A stretch of 64,000 nt of DNA, taken from contig JASGHG010000001.1 in assembly GCA_047602425.1 (NCBI GenBank), positions 4,640,001 to 4,704,000 of the forward strand, written 5' to 3'. Each line of letters begins with the position of its first letter. Position 1 is the first letter of the stretch. The translations under genes were made by a program, and so were the position numbers. This stretch comes from Nibricoccus sp. (lineage in GTDB: Bacteria > Verrucomicrobiota > Verrucomicrobiia > Opitutales > Opitutaceae). Shown here one piece after another: positions 10,264-19,848 of the stretch. Under the pieces are notes generated by a model. It made no database searches, was not told where the DNA came from, and was given only the letters and a program-made list of their open reading frames with translations.

Positions 10264-11271
10264 ATGGCATTCAACCTACAGAAGGTGCTCAAAGCACTGC
10301 TTTTCTCCTCCAGTCAGCCGCTCTCGGTCAAAGACGTCCAAGCGGCCATAGAGCGTTTCCACGATCAGGCAAAAGCGCCGGTCGTAGCCGAAGCCGAGGA
10401 GCCTGCGGCGGAAGCCGGAAGCCACAAGCCAGAAGCCGGAGACCCGACGTCGGAGGTCGGAGGTCAGAAGTCGGAGGAGGGAGCGCCGGCACCAAACGCG
10501 GACGAAACCTCCACTGCGCCAGTGGCACCGACGGAGGTCGCCGAAGTTTCCGCCGAGGCCCCGATCGCGCCGGAGGACAGCGAACTTTATCAAGACGTGC
10601 CTTCGCTCATCACTGCCACGCAGATTCGCGAAGCGATGGACGCGATCGCGGCGGAGTTTCGCACGAGCAACGACATTTATCTCCTCATCGAAGGTCCAAC
10701 CGGCTATCGCCTCGTGACGCATCCTCGTTACGCGCGCTGGATTCGCATTCTTCGCGACGAGCCGCCACCGGTAAAACTCTCGCAGTCCGCCCAGGAAACA
10801 CTCGCAATCGTCGCGTACCGCCAGCCCGTCACGCGCACGGAAATCGAAACGATACGCGGTGTTTCGGCCGAAGCGGGCCTCAATAAACTTCTCGAACGCG
10901 AACTCGTTTACATCGTTGGCCGCGCCGATTTGCCCGGGCGTCCTCTGCAATACGGCACGACGGACAAATTCCTCGATTTTGTCGGCGTGAAATCGCTCGT
11001 CGAGCTGCCGGCGTCTGACGTGCTCTCGCCACGCCAGATCGACGAATGGCTGCAAAACGCCATCAATCCACGCACGCCGACCGACGCCGAAATGGGTCTG
11101 CCGCTCGAAGAGGGCGAAGGTGTCACGCCGAATCTTGAAACGGTTTCCGTCGAGCACGCGGAAGAAGGAGCGCCTGCGGCCGAACCAGTTTCAGTACCTA
11201 CAGCCGAGGACGTCCCTGCCGCTGATACCGCCAATAACGAACCTCCTGCCACCGGCCAAACCCCCGCCTGA
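10264..11271 (+). CDS. scpB: SMC-Scp complex subunit ScpB with low-complexity insert
   Basis: LSQSAQETLAIVAYRQPVTRTEIETIRGV, PGRPLQYGTTDKFL; start at MAFNL. Confidence 0.93.
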   Translation: MAFNLQKVLKALLFSSSQPLSVKDVQAAIERFHDQAKAPVVAEAEEPAAEAGSHKPEAGDPTSEVGGQKSEEGAPAPNADETSTAPVAPTEVAEVSAEAPIAPEDSELYQDVPSLITATQIREAMDAIAAEFRTSNDIYLLIEGPTGYRLVTHPRYARWIRILRDEPPPVKLSQSAQETLAIVAYRQPVTRTEIETIRGVSAEAGLNKLLERELVYIVGRADLPGRPLQYGTTDKFLDFVGVKSLVELPASDVLSPRQIDEWLQNAINPRTPTDAEMGLPLEEGEGVTPNLETVSVEHAEEGAPAAEPVSVPTAEDVPAADTANNEPPATGQTPA

Positions 11272-11285
11272 CCGATCATAACCCC

Positions 11286-12365
11286 ATGGACCTCGCGCCC
11301 ATCAGAGAAAAAATCGACCAAATTGATCAGCAGATTGTCGACATACTGAACCAGCGGCTCGCGCTCGCCGCCGAGATCGGCAAGGTCAAGCGCAGCACGG
11401 GCGGACAAATCTACGTCGCGGAGCGTGAAGACGCTGTCTTGCGCAAAGTGGCGGCGCTGAACAAGGGCCCGATCCGCAACGACGCGTTGCATGCGATCTA
11501 TCGCGAAATCATGTCGGCCGCGATCGCACTGGAAAAACCACTTCTTATCGCCTATCTCGGGCCAGAGGCTACCAACAGTCACCAGGCTGCGCTGAAAAAA
11601 TTCGGCGCCAGCGTGAACTACCATGCCATGGCGACCTTCGCGGATATTTTCACAGCCGTCGATCGCGGCGAATGCGATTACGGTATCGTGCCGATTGAAA
11701 ATTCGACCGAAGGCTCCGTGCGCGACGCACTCGACCAATTCGTTACATCGGAATTGAAAATTGTTTCGCAGCTTTATCTCGAAATTCCTTTCTGCCTGAT
11801 CTCGCGTTCGCCGTTGGAAAAAATAACCAAGGTCTACTCGAAAGACACCGCGCTCGCACAATGTCGTCTGTGGCTGCAACGTCATCTCCCGCACGCCCAA
11901 TGGGTCGACGCGTCGAGCACGGCCCGGTCGGTGCAGATCGCGAGTGAGGAGGAAGGCGCGGCAGGTGTGGCTAACGAACTAGCCGCCACCGTCTATGGCG
12001 TGCCGGTCGTCGAGAAAAACATTCAGGACAAGTCCAATAATACGACGCGTTTCGTGGTCATCGGCAAGACGCCGTCCGGCTCCGTGGGGAACGGGCGCGA
12101 TATGACGAGTCTGCTCATTGCGCTGGGCGAAGAAGGTTCGTCGCATTCCGGCTCGCTGCTGCGGATGCTGCAACCTTTCGCGTCGCGTGGCATCAACATG
12201 TCCAAAATCGAATCGCGTCCGACGAAGCGAAAAGCGTGGGATTATTATTTCTTTGTCGACGTCGTCGGCCATCACGATGAACAGCCGATGCGTGAAGCGA
12301 TTTCCGAGTTACGCACCTTCTGCCCGATGGTAAAATGGTTGGGCAGCTACCCGGCCGCGGGCTAA
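11286..12365 (+). CDS. pheA: Chorismate mutase / prephenate dehydratase
   Basis: CM domain (REKIDQID), PIENSTEGSV, NTTRF, ACT domain KIESRP. Confidence 0.96.
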   Translation: MDLAPIREKIDQIDQQIVDILNQRLALAAEIGKVKRSTGGQIYVAEREDAVLRKVAALNKGPIRNDALHAIYREIMSAAIALEKPLLIAYLGPEATNSHQAALKKFGASVNYHAMATFADIFTAVDRGECDYGIVPIENSTEGSVRDALDQFVTSELKIVSQLYLEIPFCLISRSPLEKITKVYSKDTALAQCRLWLQRHLPHAQWVDASSTARSVQIASEEEGAAGVANELAATVYGVPVVEKNIQDKSNNTTRFVVIGKTPSGSVGNGRDMTSLLIALGEEGSSHSGSLLRMLQPFASRGINMSKIESRPTKRKAWDYYFFVDVVGHHDEQPMREAISELRTFCPMVKWLGSYPAAG

Positions 12366-12428
12366 GAGCCTTTGGTTTCGAGCCGGCGCTGACGCGTTGC
12401 GCTTCGAGGGCGAAGGGGTCGCGTATTT

Positions 12429-13973
12429 TCAGCGGCCCAACAATTCTTCGATCCGGCTGGCAAGCGCGGCGCAGTGTGCATCCATCCAGCGGTGACCTTT
12501 TTCGTGGGAAGCGGCCGTGGCATCGCCCATGACGCCGCTATGAGAAATATCCTCGGTCGCCCACGAAATGATTGCAGGCGCGTCCTCGGGTCGCACTTCG
12601 CCGGGATCGGAAAGCTGTGCGGGATATTCGCAAACCGCTTTGGACATGGTGACTAGTTCGTCGGCGACGGCCAGCATGAGCGAGGTTTCCCATTCTCCCG
12701 CGTGAAAACCAAAAGCGGCTTCCTGCGCGGCGAGATCGGGCTTGAACGTCGACTTCAACATGCCGGCGCGCAGGCCAAGCGTGCCTTGGATCTCGCGGAG
12801 CGTTGAGACAACCACCGCGCTATTGCCACCATGGGTGTTGAGAACCGCGAGCTGACGAAACCCCAGCGCCTTCAACTGTGCGGCGACGGCAAGCAGCATT
12901 CGACGAAAGGTTGTGACCGAAACCGAGAGGGTGCCAGGAAACGCCAGGTGCTCGTTGCTCTTGCCGTAGGTCAGCGGAGGCGCCACGAAAACCGGTGCGT
13001 CGTTCGGGAGGCGCGACAGCGCGTTTTCGAGCCAAGCTTGTCCAAAAATCGCGTCGACGCCGACGGGCAGATGGTGCCCGTGTTGCTCAATGGCGCCGGT
13101 TGGAACGATGACCAGCGCGCGTTCTTTGTTGGGCAGTGCTTCGAGTTCGTCGCGGGTGAACGAAGGCAGATAACGCGCGCGATATTTTTCCGGAAAGACA
13201 AGCGCGGATGTCGATGGCAGAAGGTTCGGCAACGCGGCAGGCGTGCGATGATCGTTGTTCCCCAGGGACGAGCGAGCCTGGATTTCCGCGAGCAAACGGG
13301 CGAGGTGTTGTCCCGCGCCCTTTACGACCGCGGCACCGTCAATGGACGAGTCGGGCGCGAGCGGTGCGGGCTGAAGATAAGCACCCGGGCGAAAATCGGC
13401 ATCACGGATATCGGCTGCACGCGTGGCCGTTTGCGGCGCACGGCCCTGAACGTGTGCGACAGCGGCTTGAGCCGGGCCGCGTTTTTCGGACGAAGGATGA
13501 AAATCGAAACCGAGCGCCGGTGTGTTGATAATAAACGTCTGAAGCTTTTGGCCGATGCGGATGTCGCGTGAGGCATCAATGACCAATTCGCGATTCCAAG
13601 GGCTAGTGTTGAAAAAAACGAGCTTGTGAAAACCGGCGGCTTTCACACCCGCTGCGAGATCGTGTAAGAGGGCATGCGCGGTTTCCGCGTCGATGCCGAA
13701 AAACGAACAAGGATACGGAGCCAAACCAAAACGTACGGAGGGCAGCACATGGCAGGGGACCGCGCCGCCGACTTGCAGCATGGCATGACGTAGAACCGCG
13801 CTGCCGAGAATCTCTTCGGCGTCGAGCGGCAACCCCAGGCCATGATCGGCAAAACCGTACAACGGCAGAATCGCGACGTGACGCTCCTTGTCGGGCAATG
13901 CAACAAAATCGCTCCAAGCGCGGTGCGCCCAGAACGTGGCGCGGTCGGCGGCAGCCAGCCAGGTCATGCTCAT
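12429..13973 (-). CDS. Creatininase/amidohydrolase family protein with two tandem domains
   Basis: C-terminal domain EQHGHHLPVGVD, NTHGGN, HAGEWETS, SGVMGD; degenerate N-terminal copy. Confidence 0.85.
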   Translation of the reverse strand: MSMTWLAAADRATFWAHRAWSDFVALPDKERHVAILPLYGFADHGLGLPLDAEEILGSAVLRHAMLQVGGAVPCHVLPSVRFGLAPYPCSFFGIDAETAHALLHDLAAGVKAAGFHKLVFFNTSPWNRELVIDASRDIRIGQKLQTFIINTPALGFDFHPSSEKRGPAQAAVAHVQGRAPQTATRAADIRDADFRPGAYLQPAPLAPDSSIDGAAVVKGAGQHLARLLAEIQARSSLGNNDHRTPAALPNLLPSTSALVFPEKYRARYLPSFTRDELEALPNKERALVIVPTGAIEQHGHHLPVGVDAIFGQAWLENALSRLPNDAPVFVAPPLTYGKSNEHLAFPGTLSVSVTTFRRMLLAVAAQLKALGFRQLAVLNTHGGNSAVVVSTLREIQGTLGLRAGMLKSTFKPDLAAQEAAFGFHAGEWETSLMLAVADELVTMSKAVCEYPAQLSDPGEVRPEDAPAIISWATEDISHSGVMGDATAASHEKGHRWMDAHCAALASRIEELLGR

Positions 13974-14041
13974 GCGTGAAAGCGTAGATTGGTCGCGTGG
14001 TTTGGCAAGGCCGGTTCGGATTTGCCGATCCAGCTGGCAAA

Positions 14042-15454
14042 CTACTGCGCCTGTTTGGCGATTTTGTAGGAATCGGGTTTTTCGCCAGGCGGCAATGCGA
14101 GCAGGTCGTAATCGTGGCTGCCGGTGATTTCGACTTCGACGAATTCGCCGACGGGAAGATTTTTTGGCACGTAGACACGTCCATCGATGTCAGGCGCGTC
14201 GGCCTCGCCGCGCGCGACGCCGGGTTCCTCGACGAGGACGCGCAGGGTTTTGCCGATGGCACGTTGACTGACGGTGGCGGCGATTTCTTTTTGCAACGCC
14301 ATCGTGCGATGCCAGCGGGCCTCTTTGACTTTGGAGGAAATTTGTCCGGGCATCTTGCCGGCGCGCGTGCCTTCTTCCTGCGAATAACGGAAGACACCGA
14401 GACGCTCGAATTGTACGTCGCGGATAAAACCGCAGAGCTCTTCAATGTCCGCTTCGGTCTCGCCGGGAAAACCGACGATAAATGTCGTACGCAATGAGAT
14501 GCCCGGAATGCCGGCGCGAATGCGTTTAACGAGATCGCGAATGTAGGCGGAAGAAGTTTCGCGCTGCATCTCCGTCAGCATGTGATCGCTGATATGTTGC
14601 AGCGGCATGTCGACGTAGCGCGCGACTTTTTTGCACTCGGCGATGGTTTGGATGAGCTCGTCGCTCCAATGCGCCGGATGCGTGTAGAGCAGGCGTATCC
14701 AAAAATCCCCTTCAATCGCGTTGAGTTCGCGGAGGAGCGTGGTGAGGGCGTTGCCTCGGGCGGAATCAACCTTGGCGCGCGGGCCGGCTTTTTCGTCCCA
14801 CGTGTCCATGCCGAAGTAGGTCGTGTCCTGCGAAATGAGATTCAGCTCCTTCACGCCTTCCTTGACCAGTTGGCGCGCTTCGGCGACGACGCTCGCAATG
14901 GTTCGGCTGCGATGGCGGCCACGGATCTGCGGGATGATACAGAAGGTGCACGGATGGTTGCAGCCCTCGGCGATTTTGACGTAGGCGAAATGTTTCGGCG
15001 TGAGCCGGAAACGCGGCGTGTCGTAATCGGGAATGTAAGTCGAACGACCGGTGACGAAATTTTCCGGCAGTGCCTTGGCGCCGCGCTCCTTGGCGTAAAG
15101 ATCCTCAATGATCGGCGCGACCTTCGTGACCTGATCGAGCCCGATGAAAGCGTCGACTTCAGGCATGGCGCCGGGAAGTTCTTTGGAGAAACGCTGCGAC
15201 ATGCAGCCGGCGACGATCAGCTTTTGTTCCTTGCGACGCTTGCGCATGCCTCGCTGTTCGTTGGCCTCAAGAATCGTGGCGATCGATTCTTCCTTGGACG
15301 CGTTGAGAAACGAGCAGGTGTTGACGATGACGACGTCGGCTTTTTCCGCCTCAGGAATAACCTGCATGCCGGCCTTGTGCAGGTGGCCGACCATGATCTC
15401 GCTATCGACGAGATTTTTCGCGCAACCGAGGGAGATGAGACTGACTTTGATCAT
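14042..15454 (-). CDS. rimO: Ribosomal protein S12 methylthiotransferase
   Basis: SLGCAKNLVDSE, NTCSF, radical-SAM CNHPCTFC, GFPGET, TRAM domain APDIDG. Confidence 0.96.
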   Translation of the reverse strand: MIKVSLISLGCAKNLVDSEIMVGHLHKAGMQVIPEAEKADVVIVNTCSFLNASKEESIATILEANEQRGMRKRRKEQKLIVAGCMSQRFSKELPGAMPEVDAFIGLDQVTKVAPIIEDLYAKERGAKALPENFVTGRSTYIPDYDTPRFRLTPKHFAYVKIAEGCNHPCTFCIIPQIRGRHRSRTIASVVAEARQLVKEGVKELNLISQDTTYFGMDTWDEKAGPRAKVDSARGNALTTLLRELNAIEGDFWIRLLYTHPAHWSDELIQTIAECKKVARYVDMPLQHISDHMLTEMQRETSSAYIRDLVKRIRAGIPGISLRTTFIVGFPGETEADIEELCGFIRDVQFERLGVFRYSQEEGTRAGKMPGQISSKVKEARWHRTMALQKEIAATVSQRAIGKTLRVLVEEPGVARGEADAPDIDGRVYVPKNLPVGEFVEVEITGSHDYDLLALPPGEKPDSYKIAKQAQ

Positions 15455-15582
15455 GTGGCGGGAAAAGTGCTCAAAAACGCCGACGCGTAAAGGATGACCG
15501 GGGATCTTTTTGTCGCGCCGTGGATCGGTGGCGAGCAAAGATGGCCTAAACGGTTGCTTGGCGGTTCGTAATGTGTGTCGAC

Positions 15583-15610
15583 AAAAAAACCGCGGCTTTC
15601 GTGGCCGCGG
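15583..15610 (-). terminator. Intrinsic terminator after small basic protein gene
   Basis: ccgcggc/gccgcgg stem followed by T-tract on the minus strand. Confidence 0.8.
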
Positions 15611-15632
15611 CTTAAAAATGGGGCGCAGGGCC

Positions 15633-15737
15633 TTACTTCTTCGCGGTTTTGGCGGTCTTCTTGGTGGCAGCCTTCTTGCGTTTCAAGTAGGCGATGCGGC
15701 GCTTCTTTTTGATTACTTTGTTGTATTGTTTGCCCAT
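15633..15737 (-). CDS. 34-aa very basic small protein MGKQYNKVIKKKRRIAYLKRKKAATKKTAKTAKK
   Basis: ATG start, own candidate promoter (TTGACT..CAAGGT) and own terminator. Confidence 0.75.
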   Translation of the reverse strand: MGKQYNKVIKKKRRIAYLKRKKAATKKTAKTAKK

Positions 15738-15986
15738 GGGAGGTTGAGGTTTGGTTAATGAAAGGGATAACCTTGCGACGGAGCAGGGCGGGGAGTCAAG
15801 CGTCGGGCGAGGGATGTTCTTTTGGACGAAACGGGGGCGGCGGAATGCGTTTTGCGCACGAGCGGCAGACTCAATTCCTGAGCAAACGATCTCATGATGT
15901 GGCGCGCCTCCCCGGTGTATGATCTCATGCTTCAGCCGACTCTGGTTCGTGTCTGTACCGTTAGTGATCAACCCCAAAAAAATCTT

Positions 15987-17090
15987 ATGAACAGGCGTGA
16001 ATTTCTCAGGGCAAGTTCGTCCGCGGCGGCGGGATTGCTGCTCAGCCAACGTATTCAAGCTATGGAGACAAAAAACAAAAACCACTCGCAACCGAAAATC
16101 CCTCTGTGGAAAGGTTTCAATCTGACAGAGCTGACCGGCGGCGAACGCGGGCAGTCGTTTCGCGAATCGGATTTCGCCTGGATGGCGGAGTGGGGTTTCA
16201 ATTTTGCCCGGCTGCCGTTGAATTACTGGGCCTGGTCTTCGACGAAAGACTGGATGACGATCGATGAAAGTGCGCTCGCTCCGGTCGATCAGGCCATCGC
16301 CTGGGGCAAACAGTACGGCATTCATCTCAACGTCTGCCTGCACCGCATCCCGGGTTATTGCGTCAACCGGCGCGATTTGGAGCCGTATCGACTTTTCGAT
16401 AGCACGCCGGATGCCATGGCGCGGGCGTTGGAAGCGGCCACGCATCACTGGCGTTATTTCGCCCGGCGCTACAAGGATGTTCCAACAACGCAGCTGAGCT
16501 TCGATCTGTTGAACGAACCGCCCTTCATGGCCGAACACTCGCATTACGAGAATGTGATTCGAACGCTCGTGGCGGCGATTCGGGAACAGCGATCCGACCG
16601 ACTCATCGTCGTCGACGGCGCGGATATCGGCCAGACGCCCGTCCCGAGCGTGGTGGACCTCGGAGTCGTGCAAAGCACGCGAGGTTATCTCCCGAAAATG
16701 GTTAGCCACTACACCGCCAACTGGGTGCCGGAAAATGAATTTGAGTCCTTTGAAAAACCGACGTGGCCCATGACCGACAAACAAGGCCGGCGTTGGGATC
16801 GCGCACAGTTGAAAGCCGAACTCATCGACAAGTGGCAACCCCTCGTAAAGCAGGGCGTGCCCATCCATGTCGGCGAGTGGGGGTGCTTCATCAAAACGCC
16901 GCACGACGTCGCCCTTGCCTGGATGGCTGACTTGCTCGCGCTCTGGAAAGATGCGGGCTGGGGTTGGTCGATGTGGAATTTGCGCGGTCAATTTGGCCCC
17001 ATCGACAGCGGACGCTCGGACGTGACTTACGAAAATTTCCGCGGGCATAAACTCGACCGGAAGATGCTCGAGCTTTTGCTCGCGCATTAA
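15987..17090 (+). CDS. Tat-exported glycoside hydrolase family 5 (cellulase/mannanase-like)
   Basis: MNRREFL twin-arginine signal; GFNFARLP, LLNEP acid/base, VGEWG nucleophile. Confidence 0.9.
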   Translation: MNRREFLRASSSAAAGLLLSQRIQAMETKNKNHSQPKIPLWKGFNLTELTGGERGQSFRESDFAWMAEWGFNFARLPLNYWAWSSTKDWMTIDESALAPVDQAIAWGKQYGIHLNVCLHRIPGYCVNRRDLEPYRLFDSTPDAMARALEAATHHWRYFARRYKDVPTTQLSFDLLNEPPFMAEHSHYENVIRTLVAAIREQRSDRLIVVDGADIGQTPVPSVVDLGVVQSTRGYLPKMVSHYTANWVPENEFESFEKPTWPMTDKQGRRWDRAQLKAELIDKWQPLVKQGVPIHVGEWGCFIKTPHDVALAWMADLLALWKDAGWGWSMWNLRGQFGPIDSGRSDVTYENFRGHKLDRKMLELLLAH

Positions 17091-17104
17091 ATTTAGACCT
17101 AGTC

Positions 17105-18424
17105 ATGAGGTCGGCTTTCCGCATCGGCTTGGCTGCTGGATTGCTGGTCACCAGTTCGATTTGCCGCGCCGCGGAAAATCCCGCGTCCGCTCCGTCGGAA
17201 CTTGGGCGCAAAGCCGAGCGCGAACTGCGCGAAAACATTCTGCCTTTTTGGTTGAAGTACGCGCCCGATCCCGAAAACGGCGCCTTCCACGGACAACTGA
17301 CCGCCGACCTCAAACCCGTCGAAGCGGCGCCGCGAGGATCGCTGCTGACCTGCCGGATACTCTGGGCGTTTTCTGCCGTTTATCGCCGTTACCGCGAGCC
17401 GGCGCTGCTCGAGATGGCGAAACGCGCGTATCAGGATTTGCTCACGCGATTCTGGGATGAACAGCATGGCGGAATTTATTGGACCATTTCCAAGGAAGGA
17501 AAACCACTTGATACCAGTAAACAAACCTACGGCCAGGTTTTTGGCATTTATGCCTTGAGTGAATATTATCGTGCGACCTTCGACCCGCAGGCGTTGGAAC
17601 GCGCGACAATGCTTTATCGCTGCGTCGAGAAATATGCGCGCGACCCAGCGCACGGAGGGTATTTTGAGGTTTTCACGAGCGATTGGCGCAAAGAACAGCC
17701 GCGCAAAAGCCCGGTCAATGCCACTGCGGCGAAGTCACAAAACACGCACTTACACGTGATGGAGGCTTATACGAATTTGCTGCGCGTTTGGCCCGACGCT
17801 GATTTGCGCGCCGCCTTGCAAGCGTTGGTCGAGTGCATGCTGACACGCATCTACGACGCGCGAAGCCATCATCTGCGGTTGTTCCTGACCGAAAATTGGA
17901 CGCCTCGATCGGAAAACTGGTCCTACGGCCACGACATTGAGGCCGCGTGGTTGTTGACGGAAGCCGCGCAAGTTTTGGATGACACCGATTTGATCAAACG
18001 AACGAAAGCCGTGGCCGTGGAAATCGCCGAAGCGTTTTTGAAACAAGGGGTGGATCACGATGGAGGCGTTTTCAACGAAGGCGGTCCGAAGGGTGTGACC
18101 GATTCTAGAAAGGACTGGTGGCCCCAGGCGGAAGCGATGGTGGGATTGTTGAACGCGTATCAGATTTCTGGTGACAATCGCTTCCTTACTGCGGCGGCAA
18201 AAACGTGGACGTTCATTGATAAACGCATGATCGACCACGAGCGGGGCGAATGGTTTCAGTCCGTCGATGACCGCGGGCCGAACCGCCTGTTGCCTAAAAT
18301 CAGCCTATGGAAATGTCCTTATCACAACGGCCGAGCCTGTCTCGAAGTGCTTGCGCGCGTGGAGCGAATTGAAAGCACTCCACCTCTTCCACCGCTCGAT
18401 GCTAGGGAAAAAGCGAATCGATAG
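17105..18424 (+). CDS. AGE-family epimerase (cellobiose 2-epimerase-like) with signal peptide
   Basis: ILPFW, RILWAFS, NTHLHVMEA, YGHDIEAAWL, WWPQAE, WKCPYHNGR. Confidence 0.9.
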   Translation: MRSAFRIGLAAGLLVTSSICRAAENPASAPSELGRKAERELRENILPFWLKYAPDPENGAFHGQLTADLKPVEAAPRGSLLTCRILWAFSAVYRRYREPALLEMAKRAYQDLLTRFWDEQHGGIYWTISKEGKPLDTSKQTYGQVFGIYALSEYYRATFDPQALERATMLYRCVEKYARDPAHGGYFEVFTSDWRKEQPRKSPVNATAAKSQNTHLHVMEAYTNLLRVWPDADLRAALQALVECMLTRIYDARSHHLRLFLTENWTPRSENWSYGHDIEAAWLLTEAAQVLDDTDLIKRTKAVAVEIAEAFLKQGVDHDGGVFNEGGPKGVTDSRKDWWPQAEAMVGLLNAYQISGDNRFLTAAAKTWTFIDKRMIDHERGEWFQSVDDRGPNRLLPKISLWKCPYHNGRACLEVLARVERIESTPPLPPLDAREKANR

Positions 18425-19391
18425 TCGTAATTTTTTCGCCTTCGCGCTCACAGCGATAGAGCGGCAGGGGAGGCTTGCGATCGAGTTGCTTGTGCAACGC
18501 GGGATTGGCGCGTTTGAAAAATTTGAGGTCGTTCAGCCCGGTTTTGTCGCAAGCGAGTAGGTCGACATGCGCCTTGTGCACGCGCGGACGACCAATGACG
18601 CGGCTCGCGTCGGGCGGCAACGGAGCTGGATTGGCCCGCAGGTTTTTCTTTTCCAGCACGAGGTAACTGTAAGGCAGAGACCGGAGATCGACGCCAGCCT
18701 GCTGGCCAAACCGTACCCAGTTGGAATCGGCATAAATTCCGGCCGGAGCAGGCGCGAAGAAATGGCACCAATGCCGGGCGTTTTCGGCAGTGAAAAGCGG
18801 ACAATCGTTCGCATGCGTGCAGGGTGCGACGATTTCGAATTCGCGGCGAAAACGATCGCGAAGTGCCGCGAGTTGCCGGCTGACTTCGTGGGTGCCTGGT
18901 TCGACCCAAAGTACGGCGTCGGCGTTTTCAATCAGGGTGAGAAGTTCGTCACGCGCTTCCGCTGAAAGCTCATTGAGCACGTGGCTGAGCACGAGCAGGC
19001 CAATGGGTTCGCCGGGCGTCCATTGGGCGATTTTCAAATTAGGAAATTCGGCGCGCGCCTTCTCGCTGGCAAATTCGCTGGCGAGTGACGAATGATCCCA
19101 GACGCGAAGCCCGGAGAAGTGATTGGCACCGAAAGCCTGCAACGCCCTGCGTCCGGCGATGCCGCTGCCGCATCCCCAGTCGAGCAACAAGCCGCTTGGC
19201 GGTGTCCAATCGCGTCGGCGAAGTTCGGATAGAACGGCGTTCCATTTCCAACCGATCCGTTCGCCGTAGGTAAAATCATAATTGGCCAGGTCGGCGGCTG
19301 ATTGCCAGTACGCGCCTTTCGCGGCGGTGCCGCTGAGAAAACCATCGCGCAGCCGGTCGAGGACCTTCCAATCGAGTTCGGGCCAGTTCAC
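18402..19391 (-). CDS. Rsm22/METTL17-like methyltransferase
   Basis: LDWGCGSG, SHVLNEL, VEPGT, PCTHANDCPL..WCHF; GTG start overlaps the upstream stop (GTGA). Confidence 0.8.
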   Translation of the reverse strand: MNWPELDWKVLDRLRDGFLSGTAAKGAYWQSAADLANYDFTYGERIGWKWNAVLSELRRRDWTPPSGLLLDWGCGSGIAGRRALQAFGANHFSGLRVWDHSSLASEFASEKARAEFPNLKIAQWTPGEPIGLLVLSHVLNELSAEARDELLTLIENADAVLWVEPGTHEVSRQLAALRDRFRREFEIVAPCTHANDCPLFTAENARHWCHFFAPAPAGIYADSNWVRFGQQAGVDLRSLPYSYLVLEKKNLRANPAPLPPDASRVIGRPRVHKAHVDLLACDKTGLNDLKFFKRANPALHKQLDRKPPLPLYRCEREGEKITTIDSLFP

Positions 19392-19846
19392 TTGACGCGA
19401 ATCTTTTGGCCGACGTGCAATTTTGCCCAATTGACCCCGGGGTTGAGAGCTTGAAGATCGGCTACGCTGAGGCCGGCGTTTTTCGCGACCCTCGAGGCGG
19501 TGTCGCCAGGTTTGAGAATATATTCAGAAGGAGGCGCGGAGCTTTCGGTAGCCGTATTTTCGGACGCCGGGGCAGTGACTTTGGCCTCCTTCAACTTTAT
19601 GCGAAGTTCAGTGCCATCTTTTGTAAGCAAGATGGATTTCTCTGTCTCGTCGTAGCTCGCGAGGGTGTAGCCACCGAACTGTTCGCCAGGTTTCACCCAC
19701 TTCGTGGCGCCGGTCGAGGTTTCAACGAGAGCAACTTTGGTTTCGGCATTTTCGGTGGAAACCCCGACAAACTCTACGGCGGCACGAAGCCCAGTCGAAG
19801 CGACGACGGCCAATGCAATCCAGATAGCGAGATGTTTTAGATTCAT
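19388..19846 (-). CDS. Secreted protein with C-terminal LysM domain
   Basis: Signal peptide; YILKPGDTASRVAK..LQALNPG..LHVGQKIRV. Confidence 0.85.
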   Translation of the reverse strand: MNLKHLAIWIALAVVASTGLRAAVEFVGVSTENAETKVALVETSTGATKWVKPGEQFGGYTLASYDETEKSILLTKDGTELRIKLKEAKVTAPASENTATESSAPPSEYILKPGDTASRVAKNAGLSVADLQALNPGVNWAKLHVGQKIRVK

Positions 19847-19848
19847 TT

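Noticed and set aside
15633..17087. 484-aa minus-strand ORF
   Set aside because: Shadow of the GH5 gene; only the last 34 codons look like a real gene
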